Shown here piece by piece: positions 25,075-37,195 of a stretch of DNA of 64,000 nt (positions within the stretch are counted from its first letter, which is position 1; each line of letters opens with the position of its first letter). Below the pieces are notes generated by a model. It saw only the letters and a list, made by a program, of their open reading frames with translations, did no database searches and had not been told where the DNA came from. A program made the position numbers and the translations under genes. Source of the DNA: Lepidodermella squamata (Eukaryota > Animalia > Gastrotricha); contig JBLDXI010000015.1 of the NCBI GenBank assembly GCA_047495785.1, positions 248,001-312,000 on the forward strand, in the 5' to 3' direction.

Positions 25075-27583
25075 ATGATACTAGACATTTTCATATTCAG
25101 CTTCATCGTTCTACTTCCGTGTGCTTACGTTGTTTTGCTAGTTGACATTTGCGACATGGTTATGACCGGCCTCGTCAGCCGCCTCTTCAACACCGGCCTC
25201 GACATGGCCGCCTTCGTCGTCGGCAATTTGCTCTTCCTCGCCTCGCTCCCGCTCATGGTCGCCCGCCAGTGGATCAACTTCTGGCGCCGCGTTCTCTTCG
25301 GCTACCAGGACACTGTCAACCCTGTCAACAAGGTACCACTTCAATTTTCAAAATTTTCGAAATTGAATCACAATTTTTAGGAATTATTGCAATGAATAAA
25401 ATTGTAGTGAGAATTTTTGAAATTTCAATTTTGAGGTAATTAATAAATTCTATTTTTTAGAGATGACAACAATTTCATAATTTTTGAATTTTTTTAAACC
25501 TTGAAATGAATTCAAAAACTTGTTGGTCAAATTTTCAATGATTTAGCTTCACATTTTTTCAATTTTATTAGAGCTCATTTTTTTCATCGGCAAAATTATT
25601 AAAATTAATATTGGATTGTAATTTAGTTAAAACTCATTTTTTTAAATAAATCAAATTATCGAAAATTCGAAAAATCGGGATTTTTCGAATTTCTGGTTTT
25701 TTTCAAATTTTAATCTATCAATTTTTGCCCTTGCTAGGTCGTCCTTGTTACTGGCTGCGATTCTGGCATTGGTCGGCAAACCGCGATTCGCCTGTTGCAA
25801 CGCGGCTTCACCGTGGTCGCCGGCTGCCTGGACGCCAAGGCTGCTCAGGCCTCGCAGACGCTGTTCGCCGAGTTCAAGGGCTCGGCCAACCTTCACGTCG
25901 TCCAGCTGAACGTCACCAAGCAGCAGGAGGTCGACGCGGCGGCTCGCCACGTCATCGAATACTTGGACAACAACCCGCAGACCCGTAAGCGGCATCCTTC
26001 ATCATTTGAAAATCGAAAATTGAAAATTTTGAAATAATATTTTGAAAATTTCAAAAAGTACAAAATGAATTTCAAATTTCAACTAATTTAAAAATTGGAA
26101 TTTTTGAAAAAATTCATAATTTCATCACATTTTTTAATTTTGAAATTTCGAACAATTGTTGGAAAATCTGATTTGATTTTGAAATTGAAATTTTTCATTT
26201 TGTCTTCGATTTAGGTTTCTATGGCATTGTTAACAACGCGTCGATCCACGCGTTCGGCCCGTTCGAATTTCTGTCGACCGAAACGCTGCAGCAAATGCTT
26301 GACGTCAACGTTGTCGGTCCCGTTCGCGTCACGAAAGCCTTCCTGCCGCTCATCCGCCGCTCGGGCGCCCGTGCTGGTGGTCGTGTCGTCCACGTTGGAT
26401 GCGTCGGAGGCGCCGAAATTCCCATTCCTATGCTGTCGTTCAACGGCGCCACCAAGGCTGCTCACACCGCCATTGCCCAGGTAAATATTTAAAAAAAATT
26501 TGAAAATCGAAATCGAAATTTGAAATTTTTCAAATATTTTCAAATATTGAAAACCCAATTTTCCAGTTTTAAGAATTTGAAATGTTGATTTTCTAGGTCA
26601 TGGAATCCGAACTTGCGTCTCGCTTCAACATCGAATCGATCGTCGTGCACCCAGATGACACGTTCGCGACCGAGATGTGGAACCCCGACCGCCTGCTCGC
26701 GTCGTTCAACCGCGAGGTCGAGCGCGCGCGCCCCGACGTCATCGACGCGTACGGCGGCCAGGAGCGCGTCGAGCGCATGCGCCAACTCGTCGGCAAGGCC
26801 CTGCCCCGTCTCGCCCGCAACGACCCGAAACTCGTCGTCGACGCCATCATCGACGCCATCGCCTCACCTTCGCCCAACCAGGTATATACTAGGCAATAAT
26901 CACGTTTCCACAAAAATCGTCAACTTTTTTTATTTAGTCGAATTACGCATTCACTCAACAAATAAAATCTGAAGAAATCAATTTCAATTTATCAATTTTT
27001 TTTAAGTTAATGCCGGACATTTTCGAACTCTTTTAGATTTTCAATTTCAGTTGATCTCCTTTGATAAATTAAAATTTGGAAATTTATTTTTACAATTTGG
27101 AAATTTCAAATTTCAAATTCAAAATTTTAGAAAAATTTCAAATTTCAAAATTCATTACAAAAATTTCAAGATTCAAAATTCAAAATTTTAAAATTAAAAT
27201 TTTAAAATTTTGAACGATTTTCAAAATTTATATTTTTATTCATTTTCGAAATTCAAATTTAATTTTCAAAATTTATTGTTTTCAATTTCTTAGGGACATT
27301 AGTCTGGAATACATTTTCAACTTCAATTTTAATTTTAATATTCAAGGTCTACTACGTGACTGAGTGGAAGACGCGCCTGCTGAAAACTGTTCAAACGCTC
27401 TCGCCAACGTTATTCCGCCGCATTTTCGTCGAGCTGATGCCCGCTGTTATGCCGACTGCCTTTTTGCCCGACTCGACCGCCGTTGCGCTCATGGCCGGCC
27501 AGTGGAATGTCCCGCTCACTCAGATGCCGGGCATGGTTGCCAACGCGCCGAACATCCCGTCGATGGCCGGCCGTGCCAAGTGA
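25075..27583 (+). CDS. Membrane-anchored short-chain dehydrogenase/reductase (RDH/BDH1/HSD17B6-like) with an atypical active site. Exons: 25075 (or 25156)-25332, 25738-25984, 26215-26480, 26597-26881, 27347-27583
   Basis: VVLVTGCDSGIG (TGxxxGxG), GFTVVAGCL, VQLNVT, YGIVNNA, DVNVVGPVRVTKAFLPLIRRS, GRVVHV; hydrophobic N-terminus; junctions in phase. The YxxxK position reads NGATK. Confidence 0.88.
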
Positions 27584-28169
27584 TTGATTGTAATCGATTA
27601 TCGATACACGCGGATCGATCGATTGAGATGCGAAATCGAACTTAATTTATGCCTAATTAATTTAATTGTAAGAGATGTCTCGATTTCATTGCTCACATTA
27701 TTATACAGGTGATATGATACAACAAGAGATCTGTGTCGTGTAAATCATTGATTGATTGATTTATCGATTGCCAAAAATCGATCATTTCAAGTGTGCATGC
27801 AGCTATTATTGAATATATTACGATAATAAATTAACTATGCAGACCCTAACTACAGATTATTCGATATTTTGAGGTAAAAATCGATTACCTCAATTTGCAA
27901 TAATGGTGGACCCAATCGCTCAGAAAACCATTAAGAAGGAATTTAATAGAATAGAAAAATACGATTTATTTCAATAAAATAATTAGGGAATAAATAAAAA
28001 AATTCTTAGCAGAAAAAGTTATTATACATTAAGTATTGTTTGACGGATCTAAGTCCAAAATAAGCGACCAAACAATGAGCTGATTTCATTACAGGCTGAC
28101 TGGTTGCTTTGACCCAAAAAATCGGTCTCAATTGGCTTATTTCTAGGAATATCGGTGACATGCCGATTC

Positions 28170-28236
28170 CTGCGGTAGTTTTTCGGTAGTTTATGCGGTA
28201 CTTTTTCGGTACTTTTTCGGTAGAAAAACTACCGCA
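28170..28236. repeat. 11-bp-unit tandem repeat (tttttcggtag) with an inverted copy; a matching block lies at 30488-30552
   Basis: Read directly. The two blocks have the same orientation and may be two parts of one element separated by later insertions. Confidence 0.6.
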
Positions 28237-28402
28237 AAGAAAAAATTTAAACTTGGATTTCTTCCAAGTTGCATAATTGAAAATCGAAAAAAACTACATT
28301 TACTGGCAACCTTAACATATTCCTACATCGCATGTGCACCGCAATGCAGCAGGTCGCAAATTGGCCAGGAATTATACGCATATCAGGTTTTGGCAATTTA
28401 AA

Positions 28403-28722
28403 ATTTTGGCACACTTTGCGCGCGTCTGCTGCTCGAACGGACCATCGCAGGCGGGTAATGATCATGTCGGCTGATAGCCCATTCGATTCTCTACAAGATA
28501 TAGCCGGCTCATTTCCCTGCAAGTCGCGGAACATGCAAAAATTTCGCCGCGAAATTCGCGAAAAATTTCAAATACGCGACATTTTGGCACACTTTGCGCG
28601 CGTCTGCTGCTCGAACGGATCATCACAGGCGGGTAATGATCATGTCGGCTGATAGCCCGTTCGAATCTCTACAAGATATAGCCGGCTCATTTCCCTGCAA
28701 GTCGCGGAACATGCAAAAATTT
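28403..28722. repeat. Tandem duplication with a 178-bp period and two near-identical cores of about 140 bp
   Basis: attttggcacactttgcgcgcgtctgctgctcgaacgga...ccctgcaagtcgcggaacatgcaaaaattt starts at 28403 and again at 28581. Confidence 0.85.
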
Positions 28723-29072
28723 AGCCTTTAATTCGCCACTCTGAGCGTATACTATAGGATAAATGAAGTGGTATTGTTGATAAAACAGCTATAAAACTAA
28801 TGCTTGGGTGTATTATTGCTTTATTCCGTTACGTATATTGCTAAAGGATGGCCTAAGCGCCATGCGACCTCATTCATAATTCTTTTACGCTTGTTAAATG
28901 ACTAATAATCGTCAAATACATGCGGAATGAATGAAAAATAGGCCATATAGCCCCTCATATATGAATTTTAAAATTGCGTTGATATTGAGCGTTTATCATA
29001 TTATTTTAGCGTAAACGCGATTAACATTCAAAAATATGTAATTCCTGGTGAAGATTTTGATATATTACAGTA

Positions 29073-30352
29073 CTAGAAAAGACGGGCGCGCGTACCGCGC
29101 GCCTCGTAACATGTACGCTGCAATGCTTCCATGCCAAGGAACTTAATAATAAAGTGGATTCGAAAATAACTTGAAACGAATCACATTAAAGCCAATGGAT
29201 TGTTGGTACTTGTAAGACACCGTTCAGATGACGGTTCTTAACTTAGGAATGTCACTCACGTTACCCATTCTTCATTTCACATTACATTACCTCACTGAAT
29301 AGAATTTATGCTAAGATATCGAAGATTGAATCTCATCGTCTTTAAACAGTTATCTCTCACAGAACTAATGCAAAACTAATGATAAGCACTCAGTGTCTAT
29401 AGTCTATCAATTTGAATTGACATCTCCCTTCTCAGTGGACCTAAAATATTAAGATTTAAGATAAGTAAGAAATATTAAGTTAACATCCGACATCAGACAT
29501 GAAAATCTGTTGCTTGACCATAAGACCTGCATGAGTTGGAGCTAAAGGCTAAAGCTCAGCTGATCTATATGCTGAAAAGATGAGCCCGGCATGAATTTGA
29601 GCTATAGGGAGGTATCTTAATCACAATTTAGATCTCTTGCTATAGATGATTCTAACATCCTAAAGATTCATATGCATCTCAGTATAGTATCTTTCCGGGG
29701 AAGATTAAGTTAACATGAGTCGATCATATCATCTATAGATGGAAGTTAAGATTGAGTAGGATTGAGACTTACTACTCCAGTCTCCATCTCAATGAAAAGA
29801 AGATGTTAGGACTTGAGATCCTACTACTATTATGCATCTTGATGTTGATGTTACATACATCTAAGTTAAGTAAGTTAAGTTAACTCCATTCATAGATCCA
29901 TAGATCCTTACTCGACGTACTCTGAATGTGATCTGAGTGAGATCTAACTTGAGATCAAAGTATGTTACTTAGCAACCATAGATCCGTACTCAATGTTGAT
30001 GTTGCGGATTGACATAGATCTACATTGAGATTAAGATAAATAGATCTACTTATTCTTGAGAATGAGGTAAATTGAGGTTAAGTTCTAAGTTGATCTAACT
30101 TGAGATTAGACTTGTATGTTAGTTAGCATCTATATATGCAATGTTCTTATACTCAAGCATTAGCAGATCTCAGCGAAAGAAGTATCTAAAGCAAATGAAT
30201 GTCCTATTGATCGTGATTCACGAACATCTTTCAGTCAGACACCGAACATCAGTGAGCGCAGAAGTTGACCGCGCGCTGGTTAACTTGAAACTCGCGCGCC
30301 CCCGTAAAACCGCGTCAATTTGGTTTTCAACCTGAATTATTTAAAAATGTGA
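29073..30352 (-). mobile_element. Probable non-autonomous Helitron (5' end approximate)
   Basis: On the minus strand, the hairpin GGCGCGCG-gta-CGCGCGCC (29103-29085) lies 8 nt before CTAG|T at 29073. Candidate A|TC start at 30352. No ORF inside. Confidence 0.55.
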
Positions 30353-30678
30353 TTGTTAGTAATTTTAAAGTAAAATAAAAATTATAGAATTATTTTTATT
30401 TAAAATTAACGCGTATTTAAAAAGTTTATCCGAGTTCTCTTACGTTCTTTATGTTGTTAATTTTTGCTTGGATTCTTGAAAACAAATTTTGCGGTAGTTC
30501 TGCGGTAGTTTTTCGGTAGTTTTTCGGTAGTACTACCGAAAAAGTACCGAAATATTCGTAATATGACCAACAGCAAAATAAATATGAATTTAATGAATTC
30601 GATGCACTCCGACAGGAGAAGTAGCTTGAAATCGATAATCGATAATCGCATAACCTGTACGACATGTAATGTAAATTG

Positions 30679-32988
30679 TTAAATGTTGCTCAAATTGTTG
30701 CTACGAGTTGCTTTTGGATCCACTTCATTGAGATTATTCCCATTTTCGCTCATCCTCTGCAGGAAGCTGCTCGAAGCCGAACCAGCAATCAGGAAAACCG
30801 ACAGCAGTATGTCATATTGAAAACTGGGCGCCATTAGATAGCCAATGGCCACCGAAGCGCCGTACAGAGTTGCCGTAACTCCCATCGAAACATACGCCGA
30901 TTTTATAGCCGGGTACATTTTCAAGTGCCGCATCATTGGTTGTAATTTCAAAACGAAAATCAAGCCGAGGAAAATCAAGCCGAAGTCGAAGCTGACAAGG
31001 AATCCTACCCAAGCCATTGCCCAGTTCGATTTGCAAATCTTCTCACGAGTTATCAAGTAAGAGTCTTCGATTTCGTTATACTGAGCAGCCGAATCTTCGG
31101 CTGAAATCGCTACAACAGGGTCTGATATCAGCCAGGCTAAGACTACGGCGACACTGATCGCTGTTGCGAGTAGTGTCAAAGCAGCTAAACGTTTCGCCCC
31201 AACTTCAACATCAATCAAATCGATTTGCTCGGACTTGACAGATACATCCGTGAAACAGGTCGTGCCGGCTGTTTTCGTGCGTTGTAGCCTCGACTTTGGC
31301 CTCTTGTCCCTATATTTGGGGTGCTGTGCGGCTATAACGTTATAGTAATTGATTACACTAATCACTAAGCCGCTCAAAAACGATGAAACACCTATAGCAA
31401 GTGCAACTGTAGCTGATTGACAAACAGCATTTGAACGCAGGTTGAACGGCTTAGCTATCAACAGTACAGACAGCGAAAACAGGAAATAGCTCGTCAAGGA
31501 GAGTAAGTTCTTCACCATGCGTTTCCGTATCGTTTTGTCGAAAACGTATTTCTTGGCAACGAATACAGCTTGATAAATGATCAGGCTTGTTGCAACAATG
31601 GCAAGGATCACGTAAACCGGCAATGGCACGCCTTCTTCTTGGATGACAATAGCAGGCGAGTCGTGAGGCAACGAAGTCATAGGTTGAACTGCTGTGAACG
31701 TAAAAATGTTAGTCGTCTTCAAATTCGTTGCATTCGGCATCAAATTTCCGACGTAGCGAACGGCGAGGCCTTTGCCCTGCTCCCACGTCATGACAACTTG
31801 AGGCTCGTAGTCCCATTCGAGGCGGTTCGAGTAGCGAAAGTTGGCGTATCTCAAGCTTTCGTATCTGATCGAGCTGACAGATTGATTGGCGATCTTCATA
31901 ACAAGCTGCGGTTGGTTTCGATAATCTTTGAGACTCATATTAAATGCAGAAAGCTTTTTCTCTGTTTCATTGAGCGCGACAACTGCAAGGAGAGCCGCGT
32001 CGTAGCAAGAACCTCGAAACAATTCGCCACTTCTCGACAGATTTTGGCCCCGTTCTGCTAGTACCTTCTCAAATGCTACCTGCGTGTTTCCTAATTCGTC
32101 GAATCTGGACGAAACAATAGGCGCAGCGTCGATCGAGCCGATAATCACGAGCGATTTCAATTGCTCGAGGTAATGATCCCTAGTGCAGCCGCGGGGAAAA
32201 ACTTGTGTAGGCGAGGGATCCAAAAATACGATCGCTTGGATGAAAAACATGAACCGACGCCCAGTTATCCCGTTTTTGTAGGCTTGGCATAGGAAACCTA
32301 TGGTTACTTCAGGAGACGACGCGATGTCAAGCGCGAAGATTCTAACGTCGCTTTTCAACATAAGTTGCAGAAGCTCGTCAGTAAGTTCGTGATACGCCTC
32401 GAAGTGCTGGACTTTGATTCCAGCTGTCGTTGCAACTTCATGAAAGAAGCTAGCTGTTTGAACTGAATGTGGATTGCCTATCTCTGCGATGATTGCCAGC
32501 TTGTTCCAAGGCGTGAATTGCCTGATAAAGTGAAGACGAGCGATCAGGCCGAGATCAGCCGGGCCTCGAACGCGGAACATGTTAGGGTAGAGATCGCGTC
32601 TGGCTATGAGACTTGGCGCAGTGCATGCCGCGGCGATCATCACCATGTTCATGTGATGGGCGATGGAGCCCCAAGCTCTACAGCCAGCAGCTGCGATTGT
32701 GCCAACAGTGATAGGGGCTATGTAGTTCTCGCTTGATAGCAAATTTTCATCGACGAATTTAACACCCTCCGCAGCGGCGTTAGCGCTGAACATCACCTCG
32801 TCCTTGATCACAAATTTGATGCGATAGCCAGGCAGTAAATTGCGTTCGTTGACGGTTTCTTCGACCTGGCCTATCGCAAAATTGCACCGCTCAATAAATG
32901 CAGGCAGTTGGGTAAGTATCAGCAAGTTGCTTGGTTGTTGAGCCATGGCAATGTGCACGAGAGAAATAATCAGTAAGATTTTGTTCAT
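30679..32988 (-). CDS. Intronless class C (GABA-B-like) GPCR: signal peptide, Venus flytrap domain, 7TM, no cysteine-rich domain
   Basis: ATG at 32988 (MNKILLIISLVHIAMA). VFT motifs: AIGQV..VNERNLLPGYRI, LIARRDLYPNMFRV, WNKLAII, DVRIF, FLCQAYKNGITG, YDAALLAVVALN. Seven hydrophobic segments with TM3 and ECL2 cysteines and W..SDP. Confidence 0.85.
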   Translation of the reverse strand: MNKILLIISLVHIAMAQQPSNLLILTQLPAFIERCNFAIGQVEETVNERNLLPGYRIKFVIKDEVMFSANAAAEGVKFVDENLLSSENYIAPITVGTIAAAGCRAWGSIAHHMNMVMIAAACTAPSLIARRDLYPNMFRVRGPADLGLIARLHFIRQFTPWNKLAIIAEIGNPHSVQTASFFHEVATTAGIKVQHFEAYHELTDELLQLMLKSDVRIFALDIASSPEVTIGFLCQAYKNGITGRRFMFFIQAIVFLDPSPTQVFPRGCTRDHYLEQLKSLVIIGSIDAAPIVSSRFDELGNTQVAFEKVLAERGQNLSRSGELFRGSCYDAALLAVVALNETEKKLSAFNMSLKDYRNQPQLVMKIANQSVSSIRYESLRYANFRYSNRLEWDYEPQVVMTWEQGKGLAVRYVGNLMPNATNLKTTNIFTFTAVQPMTSLPHDSPAIVIQEEGVPLPVYVILAIVATSLIIYQAVFVAKKYVFDKTIRKRMVKNLLSLTSYFLFSLSVLLIAKPFNLRSNAVCQSATVALAIGVSSFLSGLVISVINYYNVIAAQHPKYRDKRPKSRLQRTKTAGTTCFTDVSVKSEQIDLIDVEVGAKRLAALTLLATAISVAVVLAWLISDPVVAISAEDSAAQYNEIEDSYLITREKICKSNWAMAWVGFLVSFDFGLIFLGLIFVLKLQPMMRHLKMYPAIKSAYVSMGVTATLYGASVAIGYLMAPSFQYDILLSVFLIAGSASSSFLQRMSENGNNLNEVDPKATRSNNLSNI

Positions 32989-34272
32989 TCTTATTGCTTG
33001 TCTCAAAAGAGAGATTCAGAGCAGAATCTGTGTTTGTAAGCTTTTATACCCCCGCAATGCATTAGCTGAGCAATTTGAACAGGAATTACGGCTGCCATCA
33101 AGCTGGGAATTTTTGTCTGTGATCAACCAAGCTTTTATAGCCCCGGAAATACTTTTGATTCGACACGCCTTTTTCCGAAAGAAGTTCTCAACCTAGAACA
33201 GCGGCTCCGCTAGAACAAGAACCTGCTGAGACTCTCTGTCGCGAATGAATGTCAGTGAATTTGAAATTCTAGTAAGCGCCTACAATTTCTCCAATCCTCC
33301 AACGGCAATCGCTCAATCTGATCTTCTAATCTGCGCAATGAACGGAAAGAAAACATGATTCTCAGTTGTTGAACCCTCAACATACATTTTTTACATTTCG
33401 GATGTGTGCATTAGGAAATCCGCACTACACGCTCCACGCTGTTACGCCTCTCCAAGATGAGGCATGACACTGCAATCCGGAAGGAAGTCTACCTTTAGTT
33501 GTTTTTCCTAACTTTCCAGTTCCACCAAAGTCCTCGGCATATTAGCAAGAGAGTTTAAGTTCCCATCGCAGTGATTTCAGCCTCCTGACTCCTGACGTAA
33601 GGATGCTTTACTGGTGTAATATATGTGGCATCATGCAGTAATGTTTCCGATTTCCCTCACACGTATGGCCGTATTTTCATATTTGCCGATTTCAACCTTG
33701 TTTTCAGGCATTGCTTTCTGTTTAACAGGGTGAAATGCTAAATTAAATTGACTGGATGTCATAAAAAAGGACAAGTGGATCTCCTATTCCAAGCGCGTTC
33801 GTTTAGACCAAATTTTCTTGTTCTCAACCGACGTCCTAATCTGGTTTCGGCAATTAGTATTGAACAAAAAACCGCACAGTCACGCACGAAATGTCCAGGG
33901 TTACACGTGATCAACGTGATCAGATTATCTTCATATCACGGACAGCTCAGTTAGTAAACGGTACTCTTAAGCATTCCCATGCAGCCATAATTTAATTCTT
34001 CAATTTAAATTCCCGGAAAATGCTTTGCTTCTAGTAATCTTTCGGATTCAACTTTGAGCACACGTTGGTGAACGATTTTTACTTGTAATTGGAAATATCG
34101 ATCGGGCTATGTATCTAGTTCACTGGGCGCAGCGTCACAGTTCAAATCTCAAATGACAGCTCTTGTTTATCGATTTTCAGCCCTGACGCTTTCAGCCTGT
34201 GTTGCTCTCTCAAGTATGACACAGTTATTCGTGAAATAAGCGTAAATCCCAATAACAACAATTTGCCGAAAA

Positions 34273-35883
34273 ATGCATGTATCAAAACAGCCGTTACCGA
34301 GGTGTAAAGTTTGCGGGTTGATAGTGCCGCCTCGAACGGATTATCAGCCCCGAGCGTGTTCGGCTTGTCAGAAGTTCTTCAGACGAAACTGCGAGAGATG
34401 GCGCAGCATGACTCACAACCACGGCGAAAATGGCAAGCAGACCCGAATTTACTCGCTACGCTTCGACTGCTCAAAGTGTCGCTTCCAAGCTTGTTTGAAG
34501 GCAGGCATGAAAAGTAAGCCGAATAAGTTTCCCGTTTTTCTGAGGTGCCTACTGCCGAATGTTGTTAACATTTTTTTTTCTAGTGGTAATAATTTATAAG
34601 TCTTGCTTGATTTTTGATTGCTTGTTGCTTGGATTAAGGTTTCCAGCAATCTTTGATGAATTTCTTTCCATTTCAGGCAAATACCTGGCTAAGATAGAAT
34701 CTGATGGCCCGTTTTCCCCCGATACAAATGCGACTGCAGTCGACGACTCGCCAGATTCTTCCATCATTGAAAATCCAACTATTTACAACGGAGAGGATGT
34801 TGAAAACGTGCTCAGACTGGCGATTGTCGCCCAAACACAACTGCATGATCTGGAATTCGTGAGTTTCATAGATTGTAAAGGAACGCACCAATTTAACGGT
34901 TGTTTGCAATTTCCTGAATCGAAGCTGCCGCTGAGGAGGCCAATCGAAAAAAGTGCGTTTGCGGACCCTCGATGTATGTTCGGCTTGATGCATGAGAACC
35001 TCTCAGAGATCTTGCGATTGGGCTTCGAATTCACGAAACTTATGCAGGGTAAATACTGTTCTCATTTTTAAAGTGAATAGTTGAAGCTATTTCACGCTAG
35101 TTTCATATGTACTCCGATTTTGAGTCTGTATGTAATTTCATCAGCCTCCTTTGAGATTCCCGATAAAGAAGCTTTCGAAATGATGCGGAAAGGGTGGCAA
35201 CTCGTCACGCTTGCTTACTCTGCACTTCCTGCAACAAGCGGAAGTATTTTGGTTGGCCAAGAAGTACTGCCTTACTTTCTAGCCTTGAATCCAGAAATGC
35301 GGGTGAGGCGGTTAATATGACCATATTTTGTTTTAAATAAATCTGCTTTCAGTGCGCTGTTGAGGCTGAGCAAAAGCTTGCAATTGAAGTCGGCAAATGG
35401 GATCCATCCATGCTGGAGATCGCCCTTTTCATGTTTCGGCTATTCGTGAAAGGTACGAGGTGATGAAAAAATCGAGAAACCGGTTATTTCCCAGAATTGA
35501 AATTCAAGGCGATTCTAATGCAGGATGTTTTAGTTCACTTTGGCTCTTATGGCCAAATGACCTCTTAAATTCAGGATATCAGAGGAGTGGGGATTGGGCT
35601 TTGTGTTCCTGTGCCAATTAAAGGATCATTTTGCTCTTTAGGATTCGATGATAGAAGGTGTCCTCGAATGGATAATGTTAAGCGACGCATTGACAACGCT
35701 TTCTCTTTGGTGTGCTCGCGGCGTTTCCAGGACGACCCTAAGCAAGCATGGAGCCATGTTCAAACGATCGAGAAACTAGCGACCGATGCAGCTGATAAAC
35801 TCAACGAGAGCGGTGCAGCAATTGCGAATCGGCGTCAGGTCGAAGCAGAATCAGCTGTCGTGAGATTGGCTTTCAAACTGTGA
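34273..35883 (+). CDS. Divergent nuclear receptor, paralogue 1 (6 exons: about 34273-34513, 34678-34858, 34925-35048, 35145-35302, 35353-35452, 35642-35883)
   Basis: DBD CKVC..CSACQKFFRR..CSKCRFQACLKAGM. LBD-like segments FEIPDKEAFEMMRKGWQLVTLAY and KWDPSMLEIALF. Same exon structure as paralogue 2. Confidence 0.8.
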
Positions 35884-37195
35884 AAATTCAAAGTGTAAAA
35901 ACATCTGCTTACACTGTGTCTTCTCTGGCATGCCTCTCAGACAAATTTGGCTTAGCCTATGAAACCGTGGGATTCAGGATCGCCCGAATAAAATTCAGAA
36001 CAATTTCCGGTTATGTATTCAAAAAATTGTCATAGATTCTTAGTTTAGCGCCTGGACAAGGGCAGTTTTATTAAAACGTGAGTCATCTTCGGACTTTTCT
36101 TTCCTTGTGCTGCAGGGCTGAAACTGACATAAAACTTCCGAGCTGCTAAACAAGAGAATTTTGTATCATTATCTGTGCAAATTTTTGGGCAAAACGTATA
36201 GATTTTTTCGAGACATTTATTCGATATAGATGAACTCTGACAACATATTTACAGTTTACAGCGTACATAGCAACACGGCAAAAAATCACACCCCTAGGTA
36301 CCTTCATCCAGGTAGCAATAACTGATGACATTTCGACATTATTATCTCTCATCGACAATACATTCGCGCTTAGGCGTTGAGGCGTTAGGTGTTAGGTTTG
36401 TTTTTTGTTAGATTAGTTCAATCTATCGCAGCAGCAGAAGAAAAAAGACACGCCATTTCGCGGATTGTGGAGTTGAAAAATGACATGATGAGGCAAGGGG
36501 TTTAGGTCGTAGCAACACGGCGATACATTCGAGAGACGCGATGCTACTCTCTCGTCTGAAGAAGCCACTCGCAGACGACAGCGGACGGAATCTGCACCAC
36601 GTGGCTGATGTTGCTGTGATCTGGTCTATGAATTACTATGCCAATCAGTTTTAGTGGCTGGTTTACTTCTGATCGAAAATATGAAACTGAGCTGAAACTT
36701 CTGAACCAGCGAGTATCTCTCGAACGATAACAAAGTTTTAATTAAAAATTAATAGTATAAGAAAATTATTCTGTGAATTTTCTATCGAAATGAATCGCCT
36801 TCGATCCAAATTAAAATTGGAAAAATGTTTGATAAACAATTTAACAATTTACCATCGCACCAACGGCAACAACTCGTGCCTGGCTAATTAGTGAGTAGAT
36901 TATATTCAGCCTAATTGTCTGTCAAACTATTCGCATGTGCTTTTTGGACAAAATCAGACCTGGCGCCTCTCGGATCTACTGCAAAAATGTTTTCGATCCA
37001 GTCCTTTTATTTGCTAACGCCACTGCGCCTTAGCAGGCTAATTACGAATTCCTGAATACATATTCCACCTATACGCCGGGTAATCACATGAGATATGACC
37101 ACGTTCAGCCAGCGCCTTTAGATTCAATCAATCATCGCTATGTGGCCTGCCGCATTTCGACTACATCGCTCAAGTTCTTCGCATTTTTTGTCGAG

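Noticed and set aside
28247-28652. ORFs of 95 and 106 aa
   Set aside because: They lie within the 178-bp tandem repeat and have no protein features.
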